In this document: positions 43,778-52,749 of the stretch, piece by piece
How positions within the stretch are numbered: the stretch's first letter is position 1
Layout of the letters: each line of letters opens with the position of its first letter
From: Candidatus Lustribacter sp.
Lineage (GTDB): Bacteria > Vulcanimicrobiota > Vulcanimicrobiia > Vulcanimicrobiales > Vulcanimicrobiaceae
Direction: 5' to 3'
Assembly (NCBI GenBank): GCA_965277805.1
Contig: OZ255842.1
Location: 1,728,001-1,792,000 of the forward strand
DNA length: 64,000 bases
The notes under the pieces: model-generated
Databases searched by the model: none
Seen by the model: the letters and a program-made list of their open reading frames with translations, nothing else
Told to the model about the DNA's origin: nothing
Translations under genes and position numbers: made by a program

Positions 43778-44669
43778 CAGCCACCGAATTTCGCGGACGC
43801 GGGATCGCCGTGTCGTACCAGAGATCGGGCAGCACCGCCGAGAGATCGCCGAGCAGCGGCAGCGTCGCCCGCGCCAAGTCGATCTCGGCCGTGTCGAGTC
43901 GCGCGCGCAGGATCGCCACCGACAATTCGTCGAGCGATTCCAGCAGCGAGCCGCGCGGCGAAACGATGCACGAACTGCCCGACATGCCCTTGCCGCCCTC
44001 GAAGCCCGTCAGGCCCGCATAGAGTACGTAGACGCCGTGTTCGCTCGCCATCAGCGTGGCGGTCGCGCGCCAGCGCTCGACGCTCTCGAGCAGCCCGTCA
44101 CCGGCCAAACCGCGGCCCGGCGAGGCGCTCGGAATGATGATCAGACGCGCACCCTTGAGCGCCGCGATGGTGGGCATGATCGAATGCCAGGCATCCTCGC
44201 AGATGAGGATGGCGGCGGTTCCGAACGGCGTCGGAAACACGTCGAGTGCGCGGCCGCGCGAGAGAAATCGTTCCTCATCGAAGACGCCGTACGTCGGCAA
44301 GAACATCTTGCGATGAACGTGCACGATGCGCGGCCGCGTTCCGCCGATCGTCGCGTAGAGCGCGCTGTTGTGATACGTGCCGTCGTGGTTCTCATAGAAG
44401 CCGCACACGATGTCGACGGCCGTGTTGCCGCCGGCGGCGCGCCATTCGGCGTCGAGCTTAGCCGCAAACGCATCGGCGGTAAACGACAGCTCGTACACCG
44501 CGCCCTCGAGGAAGTAGCCCGTCAGCGCCGCTTCGGGCAACACGATCAGCTCCGGCACCGCGGCCGGCGTGGCGATCAGCTGCGCGAAAACGCCCCGTAA
44601 CGCGGCCAGGTTCGCCGCGACGTCGCCCTTGCGGGGCTTGAACTGCACGATCGCAACGTCGAAGGTCAT
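43761..44669 (-). CDS. Nitrilase-fold glutaminase partner of NadE
   Basis: E-K-C triad PEAAL / HRKMFLPTYGVFDE / ICEDAW; SASPGRG; overlaps nadE. Confidence 0.85.
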   Translation of the reverse strand: MTFDVAIVQFKPRKGDVAANLAALRGVFAQLIATPAAVPELIVLPEAALTGYFLEGAVYELSFTADAFAAKLDAEWRAAGGNTAVDIVCGFYENHDGTYHNSALYATIGGTRPRIVHVHRKMFLPTYGVFDEERFLSRGRALDVFPTPFGTAAILICEDAWHSIMPTIAALKGARLIIIPSASPGRGLAGDGLLESVERWRATATLMASEHGVYVLYAGLTGFEGGKGMSGSSCIVSPRGSLLESLDELSVAILRARLDTAEIDLARATLPLLGDLSAVLPDLWYDTAIPRPRNSVADVTAR

Positions 44670-46069
44670 CGGGCAATCTTCAACGGGCGCTCGGCGATGA
44701 TCTTCTCCATCAGCTCCTCGGCGGGGTAGGTCCAAATTTCCGCCATCGTCGGGTGCAGATGCGGGATCTTCACGAAATCGAACACGGTGGCGTGGTAGAA
44801 CAGCGCGACGACGACCTCGTGGATGAGATCGGAGCCGTCGGCGCCGAGGATCGCGGCACCTAAGATGCGGCCATCGCTCGGCGAGGCCATCATCTTCACG
44901 AAGCCCTTGATCTTGCCGATCGAGATCGCTTTGCCGTGATCGTTGAACGGATAGCTCGCGACGAGATACGGGATCCCGGCGCGCTGCAGTTCCTTCTCCG
45001 TCTCGCCCGCGATCGCGACTTGCGGATCGGAGAACACCGTGTGCGTTTTGGAGAGGCTGTAGTCGACGTGCTCCTGCGTGCCGCGGACCGCGTTGCGCGC
45101 GGCCAGTTCGCCCTGCTGGATCGCGACGTGCACCAGAGCAAACATTCCCGTGACGTCGCCGACGGCGAAGATGTGCGGTTGCGACGTGCGCATCGTACCG
45201 TCGATCGTGATGCCGGTCATGGCGTGATAGGTGACGCCTGCGGCCTCGAGGTTCAGCCCCTCGACCGTCGGCACGCGCCCGAGCGCATAGAAAATCTCGT
45301 GCGCCGCAACGGATTTTTCGGCGCCGTCTTGCAGGAAGTGCACGACCTTCAGGCCGTCTTCACGCCGGCTGACGCGCTGCACCCGAGCGCCGGTCTCGAC
45401 CGCGATGCCTTCCTCGCGAAAATATTCCGTGAGGCCCTCGCCGACGTCGGTGTCTTCATCCGTGAGCAGCTGGTTGCTGCGAATGACGATCGTGGTCGGC
45501 ACGCCGATGCGCGCGTAGAACTGCCCGAGTTCGCTGCCGACATAGCCGCCGCCGAGCACGATCAGCGACTTCGGCGGTTCGCTGAGTTCGAGCGCTTCGT
45601 CGCTTTCGATGTAGCCGGTTTCCGCCAAGCCCGGAAACACCGGCGGTGCAATCGTGCTGCCGGTTCCGATGACGAACGATTTGCCCTCGAGCACGTCGTC
45701 GCCGACGCGCAGCTTGTGCGGTGATTCGAACGCCGCGGCGCCGTGGAAGACCGGGAACGTCTCGATTCCGGCGACGCGGTAGTCGGTAAAGCCCTGGATG
45801 ATCTCTTTTTTACGCGCCATGACGGCGGCAAAATCGACAATGGGCTCGCCGGCGTGAATGCCCAGTTCCTCAGAGTGGCGGATCTCGTGGGCCAGGTCGC
45901 CGGTGGCGATCAGCGTTTTCGACGGCATACAGCCGCGCAAGATGCACAAGCCGCCGAGCGGGCCGCGGTCGACCAGCGCGACCGAGGCGCCGAGCTCACG
46001 GGCGGTGCGGGCTGCGGCGTACCCGCCGGAACCGGCGCCGACGACGATCAGATCGAACTGGTGATTCAC
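44666..46069 (-). CDS. Pyridine nucleotide-disulfide oxidoreductase (dihydrolipoyl dehydrogenase family)
   Basis: GAGSGG, GGLCILRGCMPSK, GGGYVGSE, FAVGDV, HPTMAE; no C-terminal CC, so not MerA. Confidence 0.88.
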   Translation of the reverse strand: MNHQFDLIVVGAGSGGYAAARTARELGASVALVDRGPLGGLCILRGCMPSKTLIATGDLAHEIRHSEELGIHAGEPIVDFAAVMARKKEIIQGFTDYRVAGIETFPVFHGAAAFESPHKLRVGDDVLEGKSFVIGTGSTIAPPVFPGLAETGYIESDEALELSEPPKSLIVLGGGYVGSELGQFYARIGVPTTIVIRSNQLLTDEDTDVGEGLTEYFREEGIAVETGARVQRVSRREDGLKVVHFLQDGAEKSVAAHEIFYALGRVPTVEGLNLEAAGVTYHAMTGITIDGTMRTSQPHIFAVGDVTGMFALVHVAIQQGELAARNAVRGTQEHVDYSLSKTHTVFSDPQVAIAGETEKELQRAGIPYLVASYPFNDHGKAISIGKIKGFVKMMASPSDGRILGAAILGADGSDLIHEVVVALFYHATVFDFVKIPHLHPTMAEIWTYPAEELMEKIIAERPLKIAR

Positions 46070-46094
46070 GCTTTTCCTCAGAGCTCAACCCCGC

Positions 46095-47072
46095 TCACGG
46101 GCGGCGGTGCGGTTTAGCCCCAAGACGATGGACACTCTCGATGAACCGGACGGTTCCGGTCGTGCCCTCGATCAGGATCGAATGGGTCCGCGCTTGGTTG
46201 CCCATGAAGCGCACGCCGCGCACCAGATCGCCTTCGGTGATGCCGGTTGCGACAAAAATCAGGCTCTGGCCCTTGCATAGGTCGTCCATCGTCAGCACCC
46301 GGTCGAGGTCGCCGAACCCCATGACCCTAGCCCGCTCGGCCTCCTCGGGGCTGCGCGGCTTGAGCCGCCCCATGAAGCCGCCGCCGAGGCACTTGAGGGC
46401 CGCCGCCGCGAGCACTCCCTCGGGCGCGCCGCCGGTGCCCATGGCGACGTGAATGCCGGTGCCGTCGATCGCCGTCGCGATCGCCGCATCGACGTCGCCG
46501 TCGGAGATCAGCTTGATGCGCGCACCTGCCGCACGCACTTCCGAAATGAGTTCGGCATGCCGCGGACGGTCGAGGATCACGACCGTGACGTCGTTGATCG
46601 GCCGCTCGAGCGCATTCGCAACGGCCTCCAGATTCTCGGCCACCGGCGCATCGATGTGCACGTACGGCGCGGCCTTCGGCCCGACGGCAAGTTTCTGCAT
46701 GTACGAGTCGGGCGCGTGCAACAAACCGCCGCGCTCCGAGAGCGCCATGACGGCGATCGAGTTCGGAAGCCCGTTGGCAACGAGGTTGGTGCCCTCGACC
46801 GGATCGACCGCAATGTCGACCGCGAAGCCGCCGCGGCCGAGTTCCTCGCCGATGAAGAGCATCGGCGCCTCGTCGCGCTCGCCCTCGCCGATCACGATGC
46901 GGCCGTCGATCTCCATCTGGTTGAGCGTATCGCGCATCGCTTCAACCGCTGCGCCGTCGGCGATGTCGCGCTCACCGCGTCCCATCCAGCGTGAGGCTGC
47001 TAGGGCAGCTGCCTCCGTAACCTTGACGAAATCCAGCGTATCGACCGGCATGCGAGGGGAAGACAATTGCAT
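46095..47072 (-). CDS. glpX: Class II fructose-1,6-bisphosphatase
   Basis: VIGEGERDEAPML, AVDPVEGT, LDRPRH, DGDV, GGAPEGV, ATGITEG. Confidence 0.96.
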   Translation of the reverse strand: MQLSSPRMPVDTLDFVKVTEAAALAASRWMGRGERDIADGAAVEAMRDTLNQMEIDGRIVIGEGERDEAPMLFIGEELGRGGFAVDIAVDPVEGTNLVANGLPNSIAVMALSERGGLLHAPDSYMQKLAVGPKAAPYVHIDAPVAENLEAVANALERPINDVTVVILDRPRHAELISEVRAAGARIKLISDGDVDAAIATAIDGTGIHVAMGTGGAPEGVLAAAALKCLGGGFMGRLKPRSPEEAERARVMGFGDLDRVLTMDDLCKGQSLIFVATGITEGDLVRGVRFMGNQARTHSILIEGTTGTVRFIESVHRLGAKPHRRP

Positions 47073-47144
47073 CTCGGCCTCTTACCCGTCGAGCGGGCCT
47101 CCTCATGCAGGCAGCCTGTGGTATCCGCGCTAAGATTTGTGTCC

Positions 47145-48683
47145 GTGAATCTCGCGTTTGTGGGCAGCGCCGCGCGTTCCCGGCGACTCCAACTCGTCGA
47201 GGCCGCCGGCTGGCCGGCGGTCGCCACCGTCGTGTGCGCTGGGGCCACGGCCGGTTTCTTTAGCTGGTATGCATACCTGACCCATGGTCCGCACCGCGCG
47301 TTGCTCCTCGAAGCAAGCTTGGTGCTGGCGTTGATCGCCGGCCCGCTGCTCGCGGTCGGCCTATGGGACGCATATGCGCGTTACTTCTCGCATCGCACCG
47401 ACATCTCGTACGCCTCGGCGTTGCGCTGGGACGTACCGTCGTGGGCGTCGCTCGTGCTGTTGTGGATGATTCTCGCCGCGCCCGGCGGCGTCAGCACCGA
47501 AGGCCGGGCCATCGCGGTCGCGGCTGCGGTGTTTTGCGTCCTCAAGCTGGTGGTTGCGGCGCGCTTCAACGCTACTGTGCGCGACGTGCTCGTGACGTTC
47601 GTCGTCACGCGCGTTCCAATCATCATCATCGCCGAGCTGGCGACGGTGATCGTGGGTCAGCGCGCGGGCGTACACTTCGCCGCGTCGGAGAATCCGCTGC
47701 TCGCGGTGTGGGGCCGCTGGGACGCCGAGCATTACATCGGCATCGCGACCAACGGGTACTCGGGCACCGAGCCCGCGTTCTTCCCGCTGTACCCGCTGCT
47801 GATCTGGCTCGTCGGGGGCTTCACGAACAACCATCTCATCGCCGGTCTCTTGATCTCCAACGCCGCCAGTTTCTTCGCGCTTCTCTATCTGTATAAATTG
47901 GTGGAGCACGAATTCAACCGTCACGTCGCGCACCGCGCGGTCTTCTACGTCTCGATCTTCCCGACGGCGATCTTCTTCTCGGCGGTCTACACGGAATCGC
48001 TGTTCCTGTGCCTGTCGGTGGCAAGCTTCTACTACATTCGCGAACGGCGCTGGGTCATCGCCGGTCTCTGCGGGTTCTTCGCCGCGCTCACGCGCGTCGA
48101 GGGCGTGCTGCTGGTCGTGCCGTTTGTAATCGAATGGGCCGTGGCGCTCTACGAATCGCGCGGGGATTGGTTCAAGTGGCCGCTCGATACGGTGGTCAAG
48201 CCGCTGCTCGGCGTCGCGCTCGTGCCGCTCGGACTCGCCTCCTACATGATCTACCTGTGGGTGCTGCGCGGCGACCCGCTCTACTTCTCGCACGTCCAGG
48301 CGCACTGGGATCGCTACCTCGCGCCGCCGTGGGTGAGTTTTAGCCACGCGCTGCACTTGATCACCGGCGGCTTCGCCCCGCAGACGATCGCCAACCAGTT
48401 GCTCGAAGTGACGTTTACGCTGCTGATGCTCGGCGTGCTCATCGTCGGTTTCCGGCGCCTGCGCGCTTCGTATATCGCCTACATGGCGGTCTCGATTCTC
48501 GTGCCGCTCTCGACCTCGAGCCTAATGAGCATGCCGCGGTTCGCGCTCGTGCTCTTCCCGATGTTCGCGCTCTTCGGCCTATGGGGTGCCAAGCCGACGG
48601 TGAACAATATCATCGTCGCGTTCTCGCTGCCGCTGCTCGGCCTGTTCACCGTTCTCTTCGCGGATTGGTACTGGGTCGCTTGA
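47145..48683 (+). CDS. GT-C fold mannosyltransferase, PIG-V-like (Mannosyl_trans2)
   Basis: RWDAEHYIGIATNGY, AFFPLYPLL, YTESLF, SMPRF; many TMs; GTG start 8 nt after TAAGAT (start uncertain). Confidence 0.85.
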   Translation: MNLAFVGSAARSRRLQLVEAAGWPAVATVVCAGATAGFFSWYAYLTHGPHRALLLEASLVLALIAGPLLAVGLWDAYARYFSHRTDISYASALRWDVPSWASLVLLWMILAAPGGVSTEGRAIAVAAAVFCVLKLVVAARFNATVRDVLVTFVVTRVPIIIIAELATVIVGQRAGVHFAASENPLLAVWGRWDAEHYIGIATNGYSGTEPAFFPLYPLLIWLVGGFTNNHLIAGLLISNAASFFALLYLYKLVEHEFNRHVAHRAVFYVSIFPTAIFFSAVYTESLFLCLSVASFYYIRERRWVIAGLCGFFAALTRVEGVLLVVPFVIEWAVALYESRGDWFKWPLDTVVKPLLGVALVPLGLASYMIYLWVLRGDPLYFSHVQAHWDRYLAPPWVSFSHALHLITGGFAPQTIANQLLEVTFTLLMLGVLIVGFRRLRASYIAYMAVSILVPLSTSSLMSMPRFALVLFPMFALFGLWGAKPTVNNIIVAFSLPLLGLFTVLFADWYWVA

Positions 48684-49138
48684 GCGAGTCAACATTCGTG
48701 GAGCGCCTCACGCAAAAGCGCGGGGTGCGCCAGTTCTTGAAGTTTGGCGTTGTCGGCGCCTCGGGGTTCGTCGTGAACCTCGTCATCTTTACGCTGCTGC
48801 AGCGTCTGGTACCCAATCACGAAGTGGCGGGCTGGTATAACGCGATCTACTCGATCGCCTTTCTATCGGGCGGCGTTTCGAATTACTTTCTCAACCGGTC
48901 CTGGACGTTTCGTTCCACCGGCCACGTCGGCCGCGAGGGGCTCTCGTTCATGGCGGTTTCCGTGATGGCGCTCATCGTCGGCTTGATCGTGTCGGCCGTG
49001 CTGGCACCGTTGCCGGCGCCGTTCGTGGCCCGCGGCACGTTTGGTCATGGGCACATCACTTGGTTCCTCTCGACCGTCTCGGCGATCGTGGTGAACTTCT
49101 TCGTCAACAAATATTGGACGTTTCGTTCAGCCGATTGA
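48680..49138 (+). CDS. GtrA-family flippase-like protein
   Basis: QFLKFGVVG, NYFLNRSWTF, NFFVNKYWTF; TTGA overlap. Confidence 0.9.
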   Translation: MSESTFVERLTQKRGVRQFLKFGVVGASGFVVNLVIFTLLQRLVPNHEVAGWYNAIYSIAFLSGGVSNYFLNRSWTFRSTGHVGREGLSFMAVSVMALIVGLIVSAVLAPLPAPFVARGTFGHGHITWFLSTVSAIVVNFFVNKYWTFRSAD

Positions 49139-50757
49139 GCGAGCGCCGCTGGTGGTGGCTCAGCGTCGCCGCCTGCTGCGTGATCGGCCTCGTCCTCCGG
49201 CTCAAAGGCCTGCATAACCCGCTCCTCGATCACCCGGGCTGGCGGCAAGGTGACACGGCAGCGATCGCGCGCAACTTCGCCCAGCTCAACTTCAACATTT
49301 TCTACCCGCAGACCGAATACAACGGCGCGCCGCCCAACTATGTCGAGCTGGAACTGCAGATCGTGCCGTTCCTGGCCGCGATCGGCTACAAGCTCTTCGG
49401 CGTGCACGAAGTGTTCGGCCGGCTGCTCGAGATCGCGTTCGGCATCGGCACGATCGCCGTCACCGGTTTTTTCGCGCGCTGGCTGTTTGCCGATGCACTG
49501 GCCGGCGTCGCCGCGATGGCGCTCTACGCGATCTTCCCCGGCAGCATCTACTACTCGCGGACATTCCAGCCGGACGGCGCGATGGTGTTCTTTCTCGTTG
49601 CAGCGCTGTACGCGTGGTCGCGCTGGATGGTAGCTGATGATGGCCGAACGTGGCGCGGCGGCATCATCGCCGCGGTCTTGCTCGCGCTCGCGTTTCTGGC
49701 GAAGCAAGTTGCGCTGATCGCTCTTATCCCCGCAGCGGCGATGCTGATCGGCCGTTTTCGCTGGCAAGGCGTTGCCGTACTGGCCGCCTCGCTCGTTCCA
49801 CTTGCGCTGTACGGCCCCTACGTTGCCTCGCACGCGGAGTGGCACTGGGCCAGCGGCATCTTGCGCTTACACGTCATCCCGTCGTTCATCGGCGCGTTCA
49901 CCTCGCTGCACGGCTTCGAACGCAAAGCGATCGACTTCGCCAAAGCGCTGCGCATGCTCGCGACGACCATGCTCGGACCTGCCGGCATGCTGCTGCTCAT
50001 CGCGGGCTTCTGCATTCGCCTGCGTTCGAGAGCGGATGCCGTGCTGTGGGGCTGGCTTGCCGGCGGCTTGATCTACACCTACGTCGTGCTGACGGTCGAA
50101 AAAGTCGATTACTACCTCTATCCGCTCGTACCGCTGGGCGCGCTCGTCGGCGGCAACCTGATCGCCCGTGCGGTCGACCGGTTCGGCACGACGGCTAATG
50201 CACGGGTAGCGGCAGCGGCGGTCCTCGGCGTACTGTGGCTCGTCGCGCTCTACATCGGCCGGCGTGAGATTGCCCCGTACTATGCGTGGAGCTCGAACGT
50301 GTACACGCGCTCGCTCGCGCTGAACAAAATGCTCGCTCCGGGCGCGCTGATCGTGATCGGGCACTACGATCCGTCGTTGATGTACTACATTCAGCGCAAG
50401 GGCTGGATGGAAGATCCCTACGTGTGGACGCCGTTCGACGAGCAGAGCGCGATTCGCAAAGGCGCGCGCTACTTCATCGCGGTCGAACCGAAGCGGCTAG
50501 CGCGCAATCTCGAGCTCTGCCATTGGCTCGAGCGTTTTCCGCTGCTCGATCCGAACGCCAAGTGGCCGGTTTACGAGACCGATCCCGGCAAGGTTCTGCC
50601 CGGGGCCGAGGCGCGCTGGCAAGCATTCCGCACTCAGGAACGCGACGGCACCTACGACCCTTCGCGCTCGAGTTGTTCCGTCGTCGGGGCAACGAGCGGT
50701 TCGGCTAAGGCGGCCGACAAAGCCGGTGCATCCGGCAGCGGAACTTCCTCGTCGTAA
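49135..50757 (+). CDS. GT-C glycosyltransferase, ArnT/PMT (GT83/GT39)-like
   Basis: WRQGDTAAIARNF, VELELQ, YYSRTFQPD, LAK, DYYLYPL; many TMs; TTGA overlap. Confidence 0.82.
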   Translation: MSERRWWWLSVAACCVIGLVLRLKGLHNPLLDHPGWRQGDTAAIARNFAQLNFNIFYPQTEYNGAPPNYVELELQIVPFLAAIGYKLFGVHEVFGRLLEIAFGIGTIAVTGFFARWLFADALAGVAAMALYAIFPGSIYYSRTFQPDGAMVFFLVAALYAWSRWMVADDGRTWRGGIIAAVLLALAFLAKQVALIALIPAAAMLIGRFRWQGVAVLAASLVPLALYGPYVASHAEWHWASGILRLHVIPSFIGAFTSLHGFERKAIDFAKALRMLATTMLGPAGMLLLIAGFCIRLRSRADAVLWGWLAGGLIYTYVVLTVEKVDYYLYPLVPLGALVGGNLIARAVDRFGTTANARVAAAAVLGVLWLVALYIGRREIAPYYAWSSNVYTRSLALNKMLAPGALIVIGHYDPSLMYYIQRKGWMEDPYVWTPFDEQSAIRKGARYFIAVEPKRLARNLELCHWLERFPLLDPNAKWPVYETDPGKVLPGAEARWQAFRTQERDGTYDPSRSSCSVVGATSGSAKAADKAGASGSGTSSS

Positions 50758-50918
50758 GGACGCTGCAACACAACGCTGAGCGAACCGTTGCTCAGCGCCG
50801 TCATGCCGCGGATCTCCCAGCCCTGCGAGCCGAGAAGCGCTAGGCTGGGATCAACGTCGCCGCCGGCGGCATCCCCCTTTGCGATGGTGTGAAACGTGAA
50901 TTCGAAACGGCCGCGCAT
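50652..50918 (-). CDS. Small hypothetical protein (DUF4177-like LG..GWE motif)
   Basis: LALLGSQGWEI...VLQRP; ATG start; overlaps the end of the convergent GT-C gene. Confidence 0.55.
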   Translation of the reverse strand: MRGRFEFTFHTIAKGDAAGGDVDPSLALLGSQGWEIRGMTALSNGSLSVVLQRPYDEEVPLPDAPALSAALAEPLVAPTTEQLEREGS

Positions 50919-50957
50919 GGTGTCTTGTTCCCCATACGCGGCCGGACTAACGAGAGG

Positions 50958-52598
50958 CTAGGAGTGCGGCGTCGAGCAAGGCGCGGGCGTCGTTCCGGGC
51001 GAGGCCGTCGGGATTGAGCTGCCGCTCGGGAACGCCGTGTTGTCGTAGTAGTTTTGCAGGGCGGTGAGCATCCCGGTGTCGCTGATATTCATGCCCCAGT
51101 CGAAGAGGTCGGTGGTCGTCGCGTTCGACGATCCGAACCACGCGCTCGAGGGCACGCCGCCCGATGTGTTGCGGATCATCGAGATCTTCTCGAGCCCGCC
51201 CGCGCTCTCGGTTTTCACGACCGCGTTGGGATCGAGCAACAGAAGATTCTGCAGGGCCGCCTTGGCTGCCGTGCTGTAGCCGCTGAACTCTTCCACCAGA
51301 ACGTGCATGATCGGATGCACCGACAGGCTCGCAATCTGGCACATCCCGTCATAGACGTCGTCGTTGTAATCACCGGTAGCCGGGTTCGGATTGAACGACT
51401 CGGTAATGAAATCGTACTCGTTTGTGGCGCTGACGAGGCCCGGAATTGCAACCGTCTGCAAGTAGGTGCTCTCCGTCTTGAGCGAGAGCTGCTTGTCGGT
51501 GGTGAACGAATCCGTATTGCCGCCCGGCGCAGGGGTCGGGAACGTGGTCAAGTCGGTTTGGATCGCGGCGTAGTCGGCCGCGTTCTTGTCGCGCATCACG
51601 ACGTCGCTTGAGAACCAGTTGTGGCCGTCCATATACGCGACGCCGTCGATGATCGCGAACTTCGCGTGGATGTCCATCGGCGCTTGCTGATAGGCGATCG
51701 ATGCGTTCGGCGTTGCCGGCGCTGTGGCCGTGGTGTACTCGTACTTCGCATGACCGCCTGCAGCTACGATAGCGGCGATGTCGGTCGCGTTGCTGCCGTT
51801 CTCACTATACGGCGTGATCACCGTAACGCTCGCGCCAGCACGTGCTGCGGCCTCGAGTGCCGTGTCGATGTCGCTCGAGAGATCCCACGCGCTGAGACAA
51901 ATCACGCGCCCTTGGGGAACGATCGTCGTGAAGAACGTCGATGCAACGTTTGTGAGCGACCCATCTTGTCCGGACGCGATCGCCTGGCTGCATGCCGTAT
52001 CGACGAAGGCCGGACCGCTCGTTGCGGTCGCCGTCGGACTCGGTGACGGTGTCGGCAACGCGCCCGATGCCGTGTAGAGCGCAAAGTACGCGTTGGGGTT
52101 CGCCACCACGGCCGGACTGAGCGCGACCGATGCGAAGGTCGCCGTCGTTCCGGTGACCGTTGCGGGAGTCGTGCTGACGCTGTCCCACTCCGTCCCAGTC
52201 CAATAAGCGAGAAAGACGGATTGCGTCGGTGCCGAGGCGAGAACGAACTGCCCGCCGATGGCGGAGATGGTCGTACTCGTGGCAGCCGAGAGCGTTATGT
52301 AGAGAAGCGGCGTGCCGGTCGCGAGCGAAGCGATACGGCGCAACGCGAGCACGCCGGTACCGGTGGGGTTGGTTGTCGTCGCTTGTGCGGTCACGGTGCC
52401 CGTGTCGGTCACGCTGAGCGTCGCAGAGATGCCGCCCGCTGAAGTCGTCACCGTTTGCGGCGTCGCCGGCGTCGATGTGGGCGTGCCGCCCGTCACGCCG
52501 GGAGCGCTCGGCACGGCTCCCCCGCCGCCTCCACCGCAAGCAGCGGTCGTGAGGGAGATTGCGACCAAGCCAACCATGGCCAAGCGCTTAAGCGACAT
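50958..52598 (-). CDS. Lipoprotein with shared N-terminal beta domain and C-terminal phospholipase D-like domain
   Basis: GGAGGAG RBS; lipobox TAAC; HAKFAIID motif; second repeat LEKISMIR...FGSSN is degenerate. Confidence 0.8.
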   Translation of the reverse strand: MSLKRLAMVGLVAISLTTAACGGGGGGAVPSAPGVTGGTPTSTPATPQTVTTSAGGISATLSVTDTGTVTAQATTTNPTGTGVLALRRIASLATGTPLLYITLSAATSTTISAIGGQFVLASAPTQSVFLAYWTGTEWDSVSTTPATVTGTTATFASVALSPAVVANPNAYFALYTASGALPTPSPSPTATATSGPAFVDTACSQAIASGQDGSLTNVASTFFTTIVPQGRVICLSAWDLSSDIDTALEAAARAGASVTVITPYSENGSNATDIAAIVAAGGHAKYEYTTATAPATPNASIAYQQAPMDIHAKFAIIDGVAYMDGHNWFSSDVVMRDKNAADYAAIQTDLTTFPTPAPGGNTDSFTTDKQLSLKTESTYLQTVAIPGLVSATNEYDFITESFNPNPATGDYNDDVYDGMCQIASLSVHPIMHVLVEEFSGYSTAAKAALQNLLLLDPNAVVKTESAGGLEKISMIRNTSGGVPSSAWFGSSNATTTDLFDWGMNISDTGMLTALQNYYDNTAFPSGSSIPTASPGTTPAPCSTPHS

Positions 52599-52677
52599 GA
52601 CGACTCCTCCATGAGCGACGTATTTCAGCGACGTTCGTACGTGCTGCGCACTCATTCCTGGTATGTTGAAACGAGTT

Positions 52678-52722
52678 AAACAAAATGATCCCTAGCGAGC
52701 CTTGCAGCATCGCTAGGGATCA
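52678..52722 (-). terminator. Intrinsic terminator
   Basis: TGATCCCTAGCGA / TCGCTAGGGATCA 13-bp inverted repeat followed on minus by TTTTGTTT. Confidence 0.8.
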
Positions 52723-52749
52723 CGCCGTGCTAGGCGATTTTCCGGTGAA

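Noticed and set aside
44666-46069. Mercuric reductase MerA
   Set aside because: No C-terminal Cys-Cys, no NmerA domain, no mer operon; HPTxxE is of the lipoamide dehydrogenase type.
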